NCBI GenBank assembly: GCA_977017645.1
Contig: OZ360219.1
Location: 57,598,001 to 57,662,000, forward strand
DNA: 64,000 bases
Direction: 5' to 3'
Source of the DNA: Torpedo marmorata
Taxonomy: Eukaryota
Part shown: one piece after another, positions 49,016 through 60,721 of the stretch
Layout: each line of letters begins with the position of its first letter
Position numbering within the stretch: the stretch's first letter is position 1
The notes under the pieces: model-generated
Database searches by the model: none
What the model saw: the letters and a program-made list of their open reading frames with translations, nothing else
What the model was told of the DNA's origin: nothing
Program-made: the position numbers and the translations under genes

Positions 49016-52000
49016 GGGGGAGTGGCGTGATGGCGTAGGTTGGAGATGTGAAAACACACCTCTCCCTACAGAACTAATTAAAACCTGAAAAAAATACTTA
49101 TTTAGTTATTAAAAAAAAAGTTAAGTTGTTTATTAATGATTGAAGAATGACCACTAGAAAAACGAAGGAGCAAAAGTTAAAGAAAACAGTGTTTAAAGAA
49201 AGTATAATTCAAGAGGAAGATCGGCCTACCTTAACGATGGAGCCCCGGGATCAGGTTCCTCTCCCCCCGAGGAAGATGCAGACAAGGACGGTGAAGGTAA
49301 CTGCAGCACCAGTGCCATCCTCCCGAGGAGCTGGGGAAGATGGCGCTGGTGCTCGAAGAAAGACTAAGAAACTACAATTCCCGAAGAAGCGACTGCGCAT
49401 GCGCGAAATTGAAAGCTTATTTAAGAGGTCAAATAATAAGTTATTCAGCAAAAATTAAGAAGGAATATATTCAGGAATTGGATAATTTGGAGAAGGAGAT
49501 TGAGTTTTTGGAGAAGGATTTGCAAAAAAAGAGATCAGAAGAAAAGAGGAAAAACTTAATTGAGAAAAAAATTATATTATAACACGTTACAAACATATAA
49601 AATGGAAAAATTAATTGAAAGAACTAAGCAAAGATATTATGAATTGGGAGAAAGAGCTCATAAAGTCTTAGCCTGGCAATTAAAGAAAGAACAAACCTCT
49701 AGAACTATAATGGCTATAAAAAGGAATTCTAAGAAAATAACATAAACCGCGAGAAATAAATGATTCTTTTTTTTTATTTTTTTTTAAATATTTTATTTAA
49801 ATTTTTAAATCACACATTACATAAAATAGTTTTGCATATAATTCTTAAAAAATACATGTGATTACATTTTCTCCCCCCCACTTCCCACCCTCCCCTCCCT
49901 AACCCCTATATCCCCCTAATCTAAATTTAAAATAAAATAAAATAAAATAATAAAAGAAAAAAGAAAAAAAGGTAGAAAAATAGAATGAGGAGTTGATAAG
50001 CTTAAAAACTAATATATCTTAGAGGTTATTTCGCCAGCGGATCTGATATCCAGAGAGTTTACAATGTTAAACCCATAATCCTCATATATGGGCCCCAAAT
50101 TTTCAAAAAGAAATGATATTTATTTCGTAAATTATAAGTAATTTTTTCTAATGGTATACATGATCGTAACTCTGCATGCCATCGCTCTAAATTTAAATCA
50201 ACATCCGATTTCCAAGTAATAGCTATACATTTTTTTGAAACTGCTAATACTATACGTAAAAATTCTACTTGATACATATTTAATCTATGTCTAATACTAA
50301 ATTTTTTTATGTCTCCAAATAAAAATAACATAGGATCCATTGCAATTTCAACATTAAAAATTCTTTCTAAAAAATTCTTAACTTTCAACCAAAAATCTTG
50401 AATTTTTGGACATGACCATGTACAATGTACAAAAGATCCTATTTCAGTTTTACATCTAAAACACATATCTGATAACGCTGGATTAAATTTCTTCAATTTT
50501 TTAGGTGTCAAATACAATTGATGAAAAAAGTTATATTGTACTAATCTATATCTCACATTAATGACTTTTGTCATACTTAATTTACATAAATCTTTCCAAT
50601 GATTTTCATCTATATTAACATTCAAATCTAATTCCCATTTCAATCTAGACTTATGCACTCCTACTTTAAACATCTTTCTTTGAAACAACTTATACATTTG
50701 TGATATAAATTTATTAACATTGACTTTAGTAATTAATAATTCCAATTCATTTTGTCTTGGTACTGTTAATTCATTCCCTAATCTCTCAATCAAAAAAGCT
50801 TTAACTTGAAAATAAACTAACATTGTATTATCTAATATATTAAATTTTTCTTTTAACCTCTGGAAAGTGATAAATCTACCTGCTTCAAAACAATCTTTTA
50901 AAGTCTTAATTCCCTTTAAAAACCATAACTTAAGTAACTGATTATCCATAGAAAATGGTAAAAGCGGATTCTGATGTATTGGTGTATTTAAAGAAATTAA
51001 TCCTTTTTGACCTATCTCTTTGTCTACTTGTGACCAAATTTCCAACAAATGTTTAATAATTGGTGTATTTTTCTTTTTAAGTAATAATAATTTAGAATTC
51101 CATTTATAAATAATATCTTCTTTATGTATTTCTCCCATATTATTCAATTCTATATTAATCCAAGCAGAAGATTTATTTAAATCAAAGAATTCATTAATAA
51201 ATTTTAATTGAGCCACTTTATAATAATACTGAAAATTGGGGAGTTGTAACCCTCCCATCTCATAATTCCATGTTAATTTATCTATACTTACTCTTGCCAA
51301 CTTTCCTTTCCATAAAAATTTCCTAATAATAAATTTTAAATCTTTAAAAAATTTATTTGGAATACCATAAGGAATCGATTGAAAAAGATATTGAATTCTT
51401 GGAAAAACATTCATTTTAATACAATTTACTCTTCCCATCAAAGTTATAGGTAAATCTTTCCAAAGCTCTAAGTCCTTTTTTATTTTCATAAATAAAGGAA
51501 TATAATTTAATTTATACAAATTCTCTAATTTTGTGTCAATTTTAACTCCCAAATATTTAATACTTTCTGTGGTCCATTTAAAGTCCGTAACTTCTTTACA
51601 TCTAGTATAATCCCCTTGAGATAAAGCCAAAATCTCACTTTTATCTGAATTAATTTTATATCCTGATATCTCACCATATTCTATCAATATAGTAGCCAAT
51701 TGCTGAAGTGATGTAACAGATTTCGTCATATATATTAATACATCATCTGCAAATAGACTAATCTTATGTTCTTCCCTACCCACTTTTATTCCCATTATAT
51801 TTATATCTTCTCTATCATTTCTGCTAAAGGTTCTATTACCAAGACAAACAAAGCAGGTGACAAAGGACATCCCTGTCGTGTTGATCTTGACAACAAAAAT
51901 TTTTGCGATATTTGTCCATTTGTAACTACTTTAGCCGTAGGTTCCTTATATATAGTTTTAATCCAATTTATAAAATTATCTCCAAATCCAAATTTTTCCA

Positions 52001-55000
52001 TAACTTTAAATAAAAAATTCCACTCTACTCTATCAAATGCCTTCTCTGCATCTAATGTTACCACCAATGGTAAATCTTGTTTCTTCTTATGTATATTAAT
52101 CAAACTTATCAATCTAGCTATATTATCTTTCGATATCTATTTTTAATAAATCCAGCTTGATCCGAATGTATTAAATCTGGTAAGTACTTAGCTAATCTAT
52201 TTGCTAAAATTTTTGCCATTATTTTATAATCCACATTTAGTAATGAAATAGGCCTATAAGACTCAGTTTTCAACACATCTCTATCTTTCTTTGGTATAAC
52301 CGTAATTATAGCATTTAAAAATGTCTTCGGTAATAAATGAGTTTCAGTAACTTGATTCAATACCTCCATATATAAAGGTATCAGTAAATCTTTAAATTCT
52401 TTATAAAATTCTACTGGAAACCCATCATCCCCCGGAGATTTGCCACTTTTCAACGTCGATATTGCGTCAATAACTTCTCTCATCGTAAAAGGTAAATCCA
52501 AAGAATATTTACTTTGAACATTCAATTTAGGTAAAGTAATTCTAGATAGAAATCTATTAATCTTCATATCATCATGGTCAATCTCAGATCTATATAAACT
52601 CTGATAATATTCTTTAAAAGATTCATTTATTTCTTGTGGCTTATAAGTTATTTCTCCAGCATTTCTCTTCCTTATAGCATTAATAGTTTTAGAAACTTGT
52701 TCTTTTTTTAATTGCCATGACAAAACTTTATGTGCCTTTTCCCCTAATTCATAATATCTTTGTTTTGTTCTCGTTATCAACTTTTCAGTCTTACGTGTTT
52801 GCAATAAATTATAATGTAATTTCTTCCTTACTAAACGATTCCTCTTAAGAATAGACTTATTTCTCTGTAAATCCTTTTCCATAAACTCAATTTCCTTCTC
52901 TAGTTTTTCCTCTTCTTTCAAATAATCTTTTTTTATCTTTACTGAATAACTTATTATTAAACCTCTTAAATAAGCTTTCAAAGCTTCCCATACCATAAAT
53001 TTATCATTAACCGAATTATTATTTATTCTTAAAAATTCCTGAATTTCTCGTCTCATATATTCACAAAAGTCCTTTCTTTTCAATAAGGAGGAATCAAATC
53101 TCCAATTATATACAGTTTTTTCCTTCTCTGGAATTATACATGTCATTAATAAAGGTGAATGATCTGAAATTAATCTTGCTTTATAAGATATCTGTGTTAT
53201 TCTATCCTGAATTTGCGAAGATAATAAAAACAAATCTATCCTAGAAAAAGAATTATGTCTAAATGAATAAAATGAATAATCTTTCTCTCTCGGTTTCAAC
53301 TTTCTCCAAATATCCACCAAATTCAAATCCTCCATCAAATTAATTATCTTTTTGACTATTTTTGGTCTAGCAGATGTTTTCGAAGTTTTATCCATAATTG
53401 GATTTAAACAACAATTAAAATCTCCACCAATTAAAATATTCTCTTTAGCATCTGATAGATGTAAAAAGGCATCTTGAATAAATTGTTCATCATCAGGATT
53501 TGACACATATAAATTCATAAGAGTCCAAAATTCTGAATAAATTTGACAATATATCAAAACATATCTTCCTGCCGTATCAATCACTGTCGATTGTATCTTA
53601 AAAGGTAACTTCTTATTTACTAAAATAGCTACTCCTCTAGCCTTAGAATTAAATGACGACGCTATAACATGTCCTACCCAATCTCTTTTCAATTTTTGAT
53701 GTTCAATATCTTTCAAGTGAGTTTCTTGTAAAAAAGCTATGTCTACTTTCAACTTTTTAATATATGCCAAAGTTCGTTTAAATAAATGATTCTTTCAAGG
53801 ACTTTTATTTAAATTTATATAAATCTCAAACTGATAAAGATGATTCTAAAATTAATGAATTTTTATCCAAAATTAAGATGCCGAGGTTAAATATTCATAG
53901 TAAAGAATTTTTAGATACACCATTAACGATGAGAGAAGTTAATGAGGTTCTTAGTTCTTTAACTAGTGGAAACTCACTGGGGGAGGATGGTTTCCCATCA
54001 GAATTTTATAAGGAATTTAAGGATTTATTGATACCTCCTTATATGGAGGTGTTAAAACAAATAACGGAAACTCATTCTCTACCGGAAACTTTTTCAAATG
54101 CAATAATAACAGTTATATCTAAAAAAGATAGAGATTTGTTGAAAACAGAATCATATAGACCAATTTCGTTGCTAAATGTGGACTATAAGATAATGGCGAA
54201 AATTTTAGCAAATAGAGTGGCTAAATATTTACCAGATTTAATTCATGTAGATCAAGCAGGTTTTATTAAGAACAGATATTCAAAAGATAATATAGCCAGA
54301 TTAATTAGTTTAATAAATGTGGCGCAAAAGAGAGAGGAATTCGCGTTAGTATTAACATTAGATGCCAAAAAGGCTTTTGATAGATTAGAGTGGAATTATT
54401 TATTTAAGGTACTGGAAAAATTTGGTTTTGGAACTACATTTATTAATTGGATTAAAACTATATATAAAGAACCATCTGCTAGAGTGGTCACAAATGGACA
54501 AATTTTTTCAAAATTTTCTTTGACTAGGTCAACCAGACAAGGATGTCCTTCGTCGCCAGCATTGTTTATTTTAGCAATAGAACCTTTAGCAGAATTAATT
54601 AGACAGGATATTAAGATTGCAGGTATTAAAGTTGGTAATGAAGAGCATAAAATCAGTTTATTTGCAGATGACGTATTGATTTATATGACAAAACCTATTA
54701 CTTCTTTAATGCAATTGACTGTTTTATTGAGAGAATATGGGGAAATATCTGGTTATAAGATTAATTCTGATAAAAGTCAAATTATGGCATTAACACAAGG
54801 GGATTATAGTAAATGTAAAGAAATTACACAATTTAAGTGGTCAAAGGAAGGAATTAAATATTTGGGAATAAAGATTGATACAAAATTAACTAATCTATAT
54901 AAATTAAATTATCTATCATTATTTATGAATATTAAAAAGGATTTAGAAAGTTGGAAGGATATACCTATAACTTTAATGGGAAGGGTAAACTGTATTAAAA

Positions 55001-56610
55001 TGAATGTTTTTCAGAGAATTCAATATCTTTTTCAATTAATTCCTTATGAAATCCCTCAAAAATTCTTTAAAGATTTAAATTTAATTATTAGGAAATTCTT
55101 GTGGAAAGGAAAGTTGGCTAGAGTAGGTATGGAGAAATTAACTTGGAATTATGAAATAGGTGGTTTACAACTTCCTAATTTTCAATATTATTATAAAGCA
55201 GCCCAATTAAAATTTATTAATGAAATGTTTGATTTAGGAAAATCTTCTGCTTGGATTAGAATAGAATTAAATAATATAGGAGAAGATTTGAAAGAAGTTA
55301 TTTATAAATGGAATTCTAAATTATTATTAACAAGATGGAAAAATTCTCCTATTTTTAGACATTTGTTAGAAATATGGAATAGAGTGGATAGAGAAATAGG
55401 AGCGAAAGGGTCATTTTATCGAAAAATGCCTCTGTATCAAAATAAACTTATTCCATTTACTGTTCATAATCAATTATTTAAAATTTAGTTCCAAAAGGGA
55501 ATTAAGAAAATAAATGATTGTTTTGAAGCTAGTAAATTTATTACTTTTCAAAGAATGAAAGATAAGTTTAATGTATCAAATAATACACTTTTTGCTTATT
55601 ATCAAATTAGAGCATTTTTAGTTGAAAGGTTGGGCTATAGTTTGATTTTACCAAGACAGAGTGAATTGGAATTATTAGTTACTAATGGAGGTGTAAATAA
55701 ATTTATTTCTCAAATGTATAGATTGTTACAGAGGAAAATGCCTAAACTAGGAATTCATAAATCAAGATTAAATTGGGAATCAGATTTGAATGTAACAATA
55801 GATGAAGAACATTGGAAAGAATTATGTAAACAAAGTATGACGAAGATTATTAATGTTAGATATAGATTAGTGCAATATAATTTTTTTCATCAATTATATT
55901 TAACACCTAAAATATTAAAGAAATTTAATCTGACATTATCTGGTTTATGTTTTAGATGTAATAGAGAGGAAGGTTCTTTTGTACATTCTACATGGTTTTG
56001 TCCAAAAGTATATGATTTTTGGTTGAAAGTTAAAAAGTTTTTAGATAAAGTATTAAGAATTGCACTCCCAATGGATCCTATGATATTTTTGTTTGGAGAT
56101 ATTAAAAGAATTAGTGTTAAGATGAAATTAAATATGTATCAAATAGAATTTTTACGTATTGCTTTAGCTGTTTCTAAGAAATGCATTGCTATTACATGGA
56201 AATCTGATGTAGATTTAGGGTTAGAAAGATGGCATGCAGAACTTCGTTCAGCTATACCACTTGAAAAAATTACTTATAATTTACGTAATAAATATAATTT
56301 CTTTTTGAAAATATGGAGCCCATATATAAAAACTGTTGGTTTAAGGATTTGAAGATCTCCGGATATTGGATCTGACTGGCGAACCTGTGTTCCACAATAA
56401 AATTTGTTTATAGTTGTTCTTTTTAGAGTGACATTCTCCTTACTTTATCTTTTTCTTCTTCTTTCTTTCTTTCTTTTCGGGAGGGTTAGGGAGGGGAGGG
56501 AGGTAGGGAGGGAGGGAGGGTGGGTGAAAATGTATCACATGTAATTTGATAATTTTGCATTTTAAACTATGTACTCTGTGATTTAAAAATTTTAAATAAA
56601 ATATTTAAAA
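49016..56610 (+). mobile_element. L1 with intact 5' end and a large internal deletion, interrupted by an antisense L1
   Basis: Starts gggggagtggcgtgatggcg; putative ORF1 start at 49147; jumps to ORF2 (KAYLRGQIISY) at about 49408; TSD atatataaagagt at 49003-49015 and 56620-56632. Confidence 0.88.
49770..53779 (-). mobile_element. L1, nearly complete ORF2 (endonuclease, RT, Cys-rich domain) with two frameshifts
   Basis: LQETH, GGDFN, RID, SDH, FADD, CFRC; poly(A) at about 49770-49790; 16-bp TSD aaataaatgattcttt (49754-49769, 53780-53795). Confidence 0.95.
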
Positions 56611-58628
56611 AATATATATATATATAAAGAGTAAAAGAGAGACAAGGGTAGATATAGGACCAATTGAAAATGATGCTGGAGGAATTATAATGGGTAACCA
56701 AGAGATGGCAGAGGAACTAAATGAGTATTTTGCGTCAGTCTTCACTGAGGAAGACAATAGGAATATACCTGATATTCAGAGGATGCAGGGAATAGAATTA
56801 AGTACAGTTAGGATTACTAGGGAGATAGTGCTTGGAAAGCTGATTGGACTAAAGATAGATAAGTCTCCTGGACCGGATGAGGTGCCCCCACGGGTTCTGG
56901 CTTTGGAGATTGTGGAGGCATTGGAAATGATTTTTCAGAAATCAATAGACTCCGGCATGATTCCGGAGGATTGGAAGGTCGCAAATGTAGTTCCGCTGTT
57001 TAAGAAAGGAGGGAGGCAGAAAAAAGGAAATTAGAGGCCTATTAGTCTGACATCAGTAGTTGGTAAGATTTTGGAGTCGATCCTCAAGGACGAGGTTATG
57101 AAATACCTCGAGGTGAATGACATGATAGGTCCAAGCCAGCATGGTTTCATGAAGGGAAGATCCTGCCTGACCAACCTATTGGATTTTTTGAGGAGATATC
57201 AGGTAGGATGGACAAGGGAGAGGCTGTGGATGTTGTGTATTTGGATTTTCAAAAGGCCTTCGATAAGGTGCCGCATAAGAGGCTGCTTAATAAGATGAGA
57301 GCTCATGGAATTACAGGAAAGATATTAGATTGGGTGGAGCATTGGCTGATAGGCAGGAAGCAAAGGGTGGGAATAAAGGGATCCTGTTCTGGTTGGTTGC
57401 CGGTTACTAGTGGTGTTCCGCAAGGCTCGGTGTTGGGTCCGCTTCTTTTTACAATGTATATAGATGATTTAGATTACGGATTGAATGGTTTTGTGGCTAA
57501 GTTTGCGGATGACACCAAGATAGGTGGTGGAGTAGAAAGTGTTGAAGAAATCAAAAGGTTGCAGAGAGAAACCTGGACAGCTTAGGAGAGTGGGCAAAGA
57601 AATGGCAGATGAGATATAATGTTGAGAAATGCACGGTTGTACATTTTGGAAGAGGAAGTAACAGACAGATTATTATTTGGATGGGGAGAAAATTCAAAAT
57701 TTGGAAGTGCAAAGGGACTTGGGGGTCCTCGTGCAGGATAACCTAAAGGTTAACCACTAGGTTGGGTCGGCAGTAAAGAAAGAGAATGCTACGTTGGCAT
57801 TCATTTCAAGTGGAATAATGTATAAGAGTAAAGAGGTGTTGATGAGGCTCTATGGGGCACTGGTGAGACCTCATTTGGAGTACTGTGTGCAGTTTTGGGC
57901 CCCTTATCTTAGAAGGGATGTAATAATGTTGGAGAGAGTGCAGAGAAGATTTACCAGGATCATTCCTGGAATGCAGTGGCTAACATATGAGGAACGTTTA
58001 GCGGCTCTTGGACTGTATTCTTTGGAGTATAGAAGAATGAGAGGGGATCTCATAGGAACATTTCAAATACTGAAAGGATTGGACAGAGTAAATGGAAATA
58101 AGATGTTTCCCTTGGTGGGTGAATCCAGGACAAGAGGGCACAGTCTTAGAATTAGAGGGTACCCATTTCGAACAGAGATGAGGAGGAATTTCTTCAGCCA
58201 GAGGGTCGTGGATTTGTGGAATTCGTTGCCACATACAGCTGTGGGAGGCCTGATCTTTGGGGGATTTTAAGGAGGAGATTGATAGGTATCTGATTGGTCA
58301 GGGTATAAAGGGATATGGGGAAAAGGCCGGAAATTGGAATTAGATGTGAGAACAGTTTAGCTCGGTGGAGTTGCAGAACAGACTCGATTGGCCGAATGGC
58401 CTAGTTCTGTTCCTTTAACTTGTGATCTTTGAATTGGAAGCTGCAAAATTGGATCCAGAATTACAGGAAAAGACAATAGAAGCCAGAGTGGCTGTTGATG
58501 AGTTTGAGGAACCAATGTCGTTTGAGTCCTACCTTTTCTATAACCAACCACAGAAGAGAAAGAAAAAGATGAACAAGCCTGTTGTTGTGAAGGTTAAATA
58601 GACTCGTCAATTGGAATCAAGAGTATCA

Positions 58629-58706
58629 GATGTCACACTTGACCAACCAATGTTGGATGAAGAAGCTGCGCAAGAGGTAATAAATCGTATCCAAAGCTTC
58701 AGAAAA
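58629..58706 (+). pseudogene. Short IARS1 (isoleucyl-tRNA synthetase)-like fragment inside the BEL element
   Basis: DVTLDQPMLDEEAAQEVINRIQSFRK resembles recalled IARS1 DVTPDQSMVDEGMAREVINRIQKLRK; only 26 codons. Confidence 0.6.
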
Positions 58707-58994
58707 AGAAAAAGAGAAAAAGGCCCATCTTGTGCCCTCAAGAACGTGAATACCTTGGAAATTAAGAATCATGTTCAAGCACTGGATAAGGCCGGGGCAA
58801 ACTTGCAAGCAGATTAAGACTAAATATGGCTTTATGAACAGACCAATGACCAAATCTGTCTTTTACAAGAAGCAGAAAGCTTTCATGATTGACTTTCACT
58901 TTCTTTTGAATATTTACCCGATGTATTACTATGTTTGATTTTTTCTTTGTAATGGTAATTATTATTTTTAGATATAATAATTAGGGGCCGGTAT

Positions 58995-59407
58995 TGTAAG
59001 GGTTAAAATGACTTGCAAACATATTTTTTGCAAGAAACTAACCTGCGAATATTGTTTACAAATTCTTTGAGTGTCTCCATCGTAACAGTCTTCGAGTCAA
59101 GGTTATAGCTGGTTTTTTGACCATTTTAGAGAGATTGTTTAATTTTGAGTTTTGCTTTTGTACTATTTAGAACCAGTGGAACATGGATACAGTCCAGATA
59201 ATTCTTTGACCGTTCTTTTGAACGTATTAACGTTTTATTGTCTGTTTTAAGTATATTTTAATTGTTTTATCAAATTTCTTAACGTATAAAGTTCTAATAA
59301 ACAGTGAAAAACTCAATGCTACTTTGGAATGGACTTTTCATTTAACAAGTCAAAACAACTGCGTCTCCATGTTGTCCAAGCGATTATAAAGGAAAATAGT
59401 CGCAATA
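58995..59407 (+). repeat. 3' LTR of BEL element
   Basis: Direct repeat of 37217-37629, preceded by PPT-like ttaggggccggta. Confidence 0.93.
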
Positions 59408-59876
59408 TCTGCTTTCAGTGTAGGATGGCTCCTGAGATACCTTCCAAGATTTTCTTCTGGTCCTTGGCTGTTGGTGGTCAGTTTTGTGCAGCAGGAGCAA
59501 GCTCCTGAAGGATATTTGTCTTCTGGGTGGTTAGTATCAGATCCACTGTCACATAAACTTTAGTAAAGAAGCCAACAATATCTTGGAGCTTGACCTCCAA
59601 ATATGTGCATGCACAAGCATAATTTGAGTATTGCAACTTGATGACCTTGGCTCAGGAGTGAAGCTGACAAAGGTTGAAGAGTTTCCTATTTATCTTGCAG
59701 GCTGCCATCCCCCCAGCATGAAACCTTTTGGAGCTGAGATGTGGCAATGAGATGAGAAAAGTAGAGAGCAGTGTTAGAGCAATGAGACGATCTTGCTGGA
59801 TTCGAGACTGCACTGAGATTTGGTCAGCTGTAAACCTGCAAGTTAGAGTCCTGCCATCAGATAGCAGGTGTTGAAT

Positions 59877-60300
59877 TAATTTAGAATCTCGACATACAGC
59901 AGGGTAACAGGCCATTTCGGCCCACGAGTCTGTGCCGCCCAATTTACACCCAATTAACATTTTGAACGGTGGGAGGAAACTGGGGAAATGCCATGCAGAC
60001 ACGGGGAGAATGTACAAACTCTTTACAGAGAACGCGGGATTCGAACCCCAGTCCTGATCGCTGGCTCTGTAAAGGCGTTGCGCTAACCGCTACGTCAACC
60101 ATGCCGCCCTACGCCAACCGTGCGGCCCAATTACTGAGGGCAGTCATATTTGAGAAGTATTCTCCGTGGCCCCTTTCAGTTGACAGAGCTGAAGGCTTTC
60201 ATTTTTAAAATTTAAACATACAGCTTGGTAACAGGTCCTTCCGGTCCACGAGCCCATGCTGCCCAATTACACCCAATTGACCTGCAACCCCGTATGTTTT
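59877..60300 (-). mobile_element. Two tRNA-SINE copies (about 59877-60110 and partial 60205-60300)
   Basis: Same head, B-box and gctgtatgt tail as 23391-23617. Confidence 0.75.
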
Positions 60301-60721
60301 AGAAGTTCAAAAATGCTATAATGTATTGATCCTTCACTGTGCTTTTTTCTTGGAATGAGCCTGGCAGTGAAGATCTGTGCTGCAATCAAATGTAATGTTA
60401 TGAAGTGTGGGATGTGGAGTCAGGGCAACTGCTAGCCTGGATTGTCCTGGCCTCCTGATTGATTCCTTCCCCACGTTTGTCATTCGCCATTCCCGTCCTA
60501 ATTACACTGTACACCAAGCTTTGTCGTGGATGTCCTCAAAATATCCTGGAAAAATTGTAACATCCTCTCTAACTTATAGCGATTCCTGGTCCATGACTGG
60601 AATAGAACCATCTGAAATGGCACTGTGTGTCTTTGTCAGGAGCAGACACAAGCTTGACAAAAATGGCAGAAGGGTTGACGTAGGCAGGGAGGGAGATTTA
60701 AAAACAGTAAGGAAACCTTAC

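Larger units (their letters stand above)
46504..58428 (+). mobile_element. Full-length, decayed CR1 LINE (5' UTR, esterase-type ORF1, ORF2), interrupted by L1 at 49016-56610
   Basis: TSD ttgaa (46499-46503, 58429-58433); ORF1 remnants CGMWE, IGDSLVR, VHV.TND; ORF2 remnants LNAR.IRNK, GDFN, SDH, FADD; CR1 tail. Confidence 0.9.
37217..59407 (+). mobile_element. BEL/Pao LTR retrotransposon, non-autonomous (no RT/RNase H/integrase), with nested insertions
   Basis: 413-bp LTRs (37217-37629, 58995-59407; about 30 mismatches counted by eye), TSD tctgc (37212-37216, 59408-59412), BEL gag and protease, and a BEL-type C-terminal KT..G...RP..K.CLL remnant at about 58810-58880. Confidence 0.92.
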
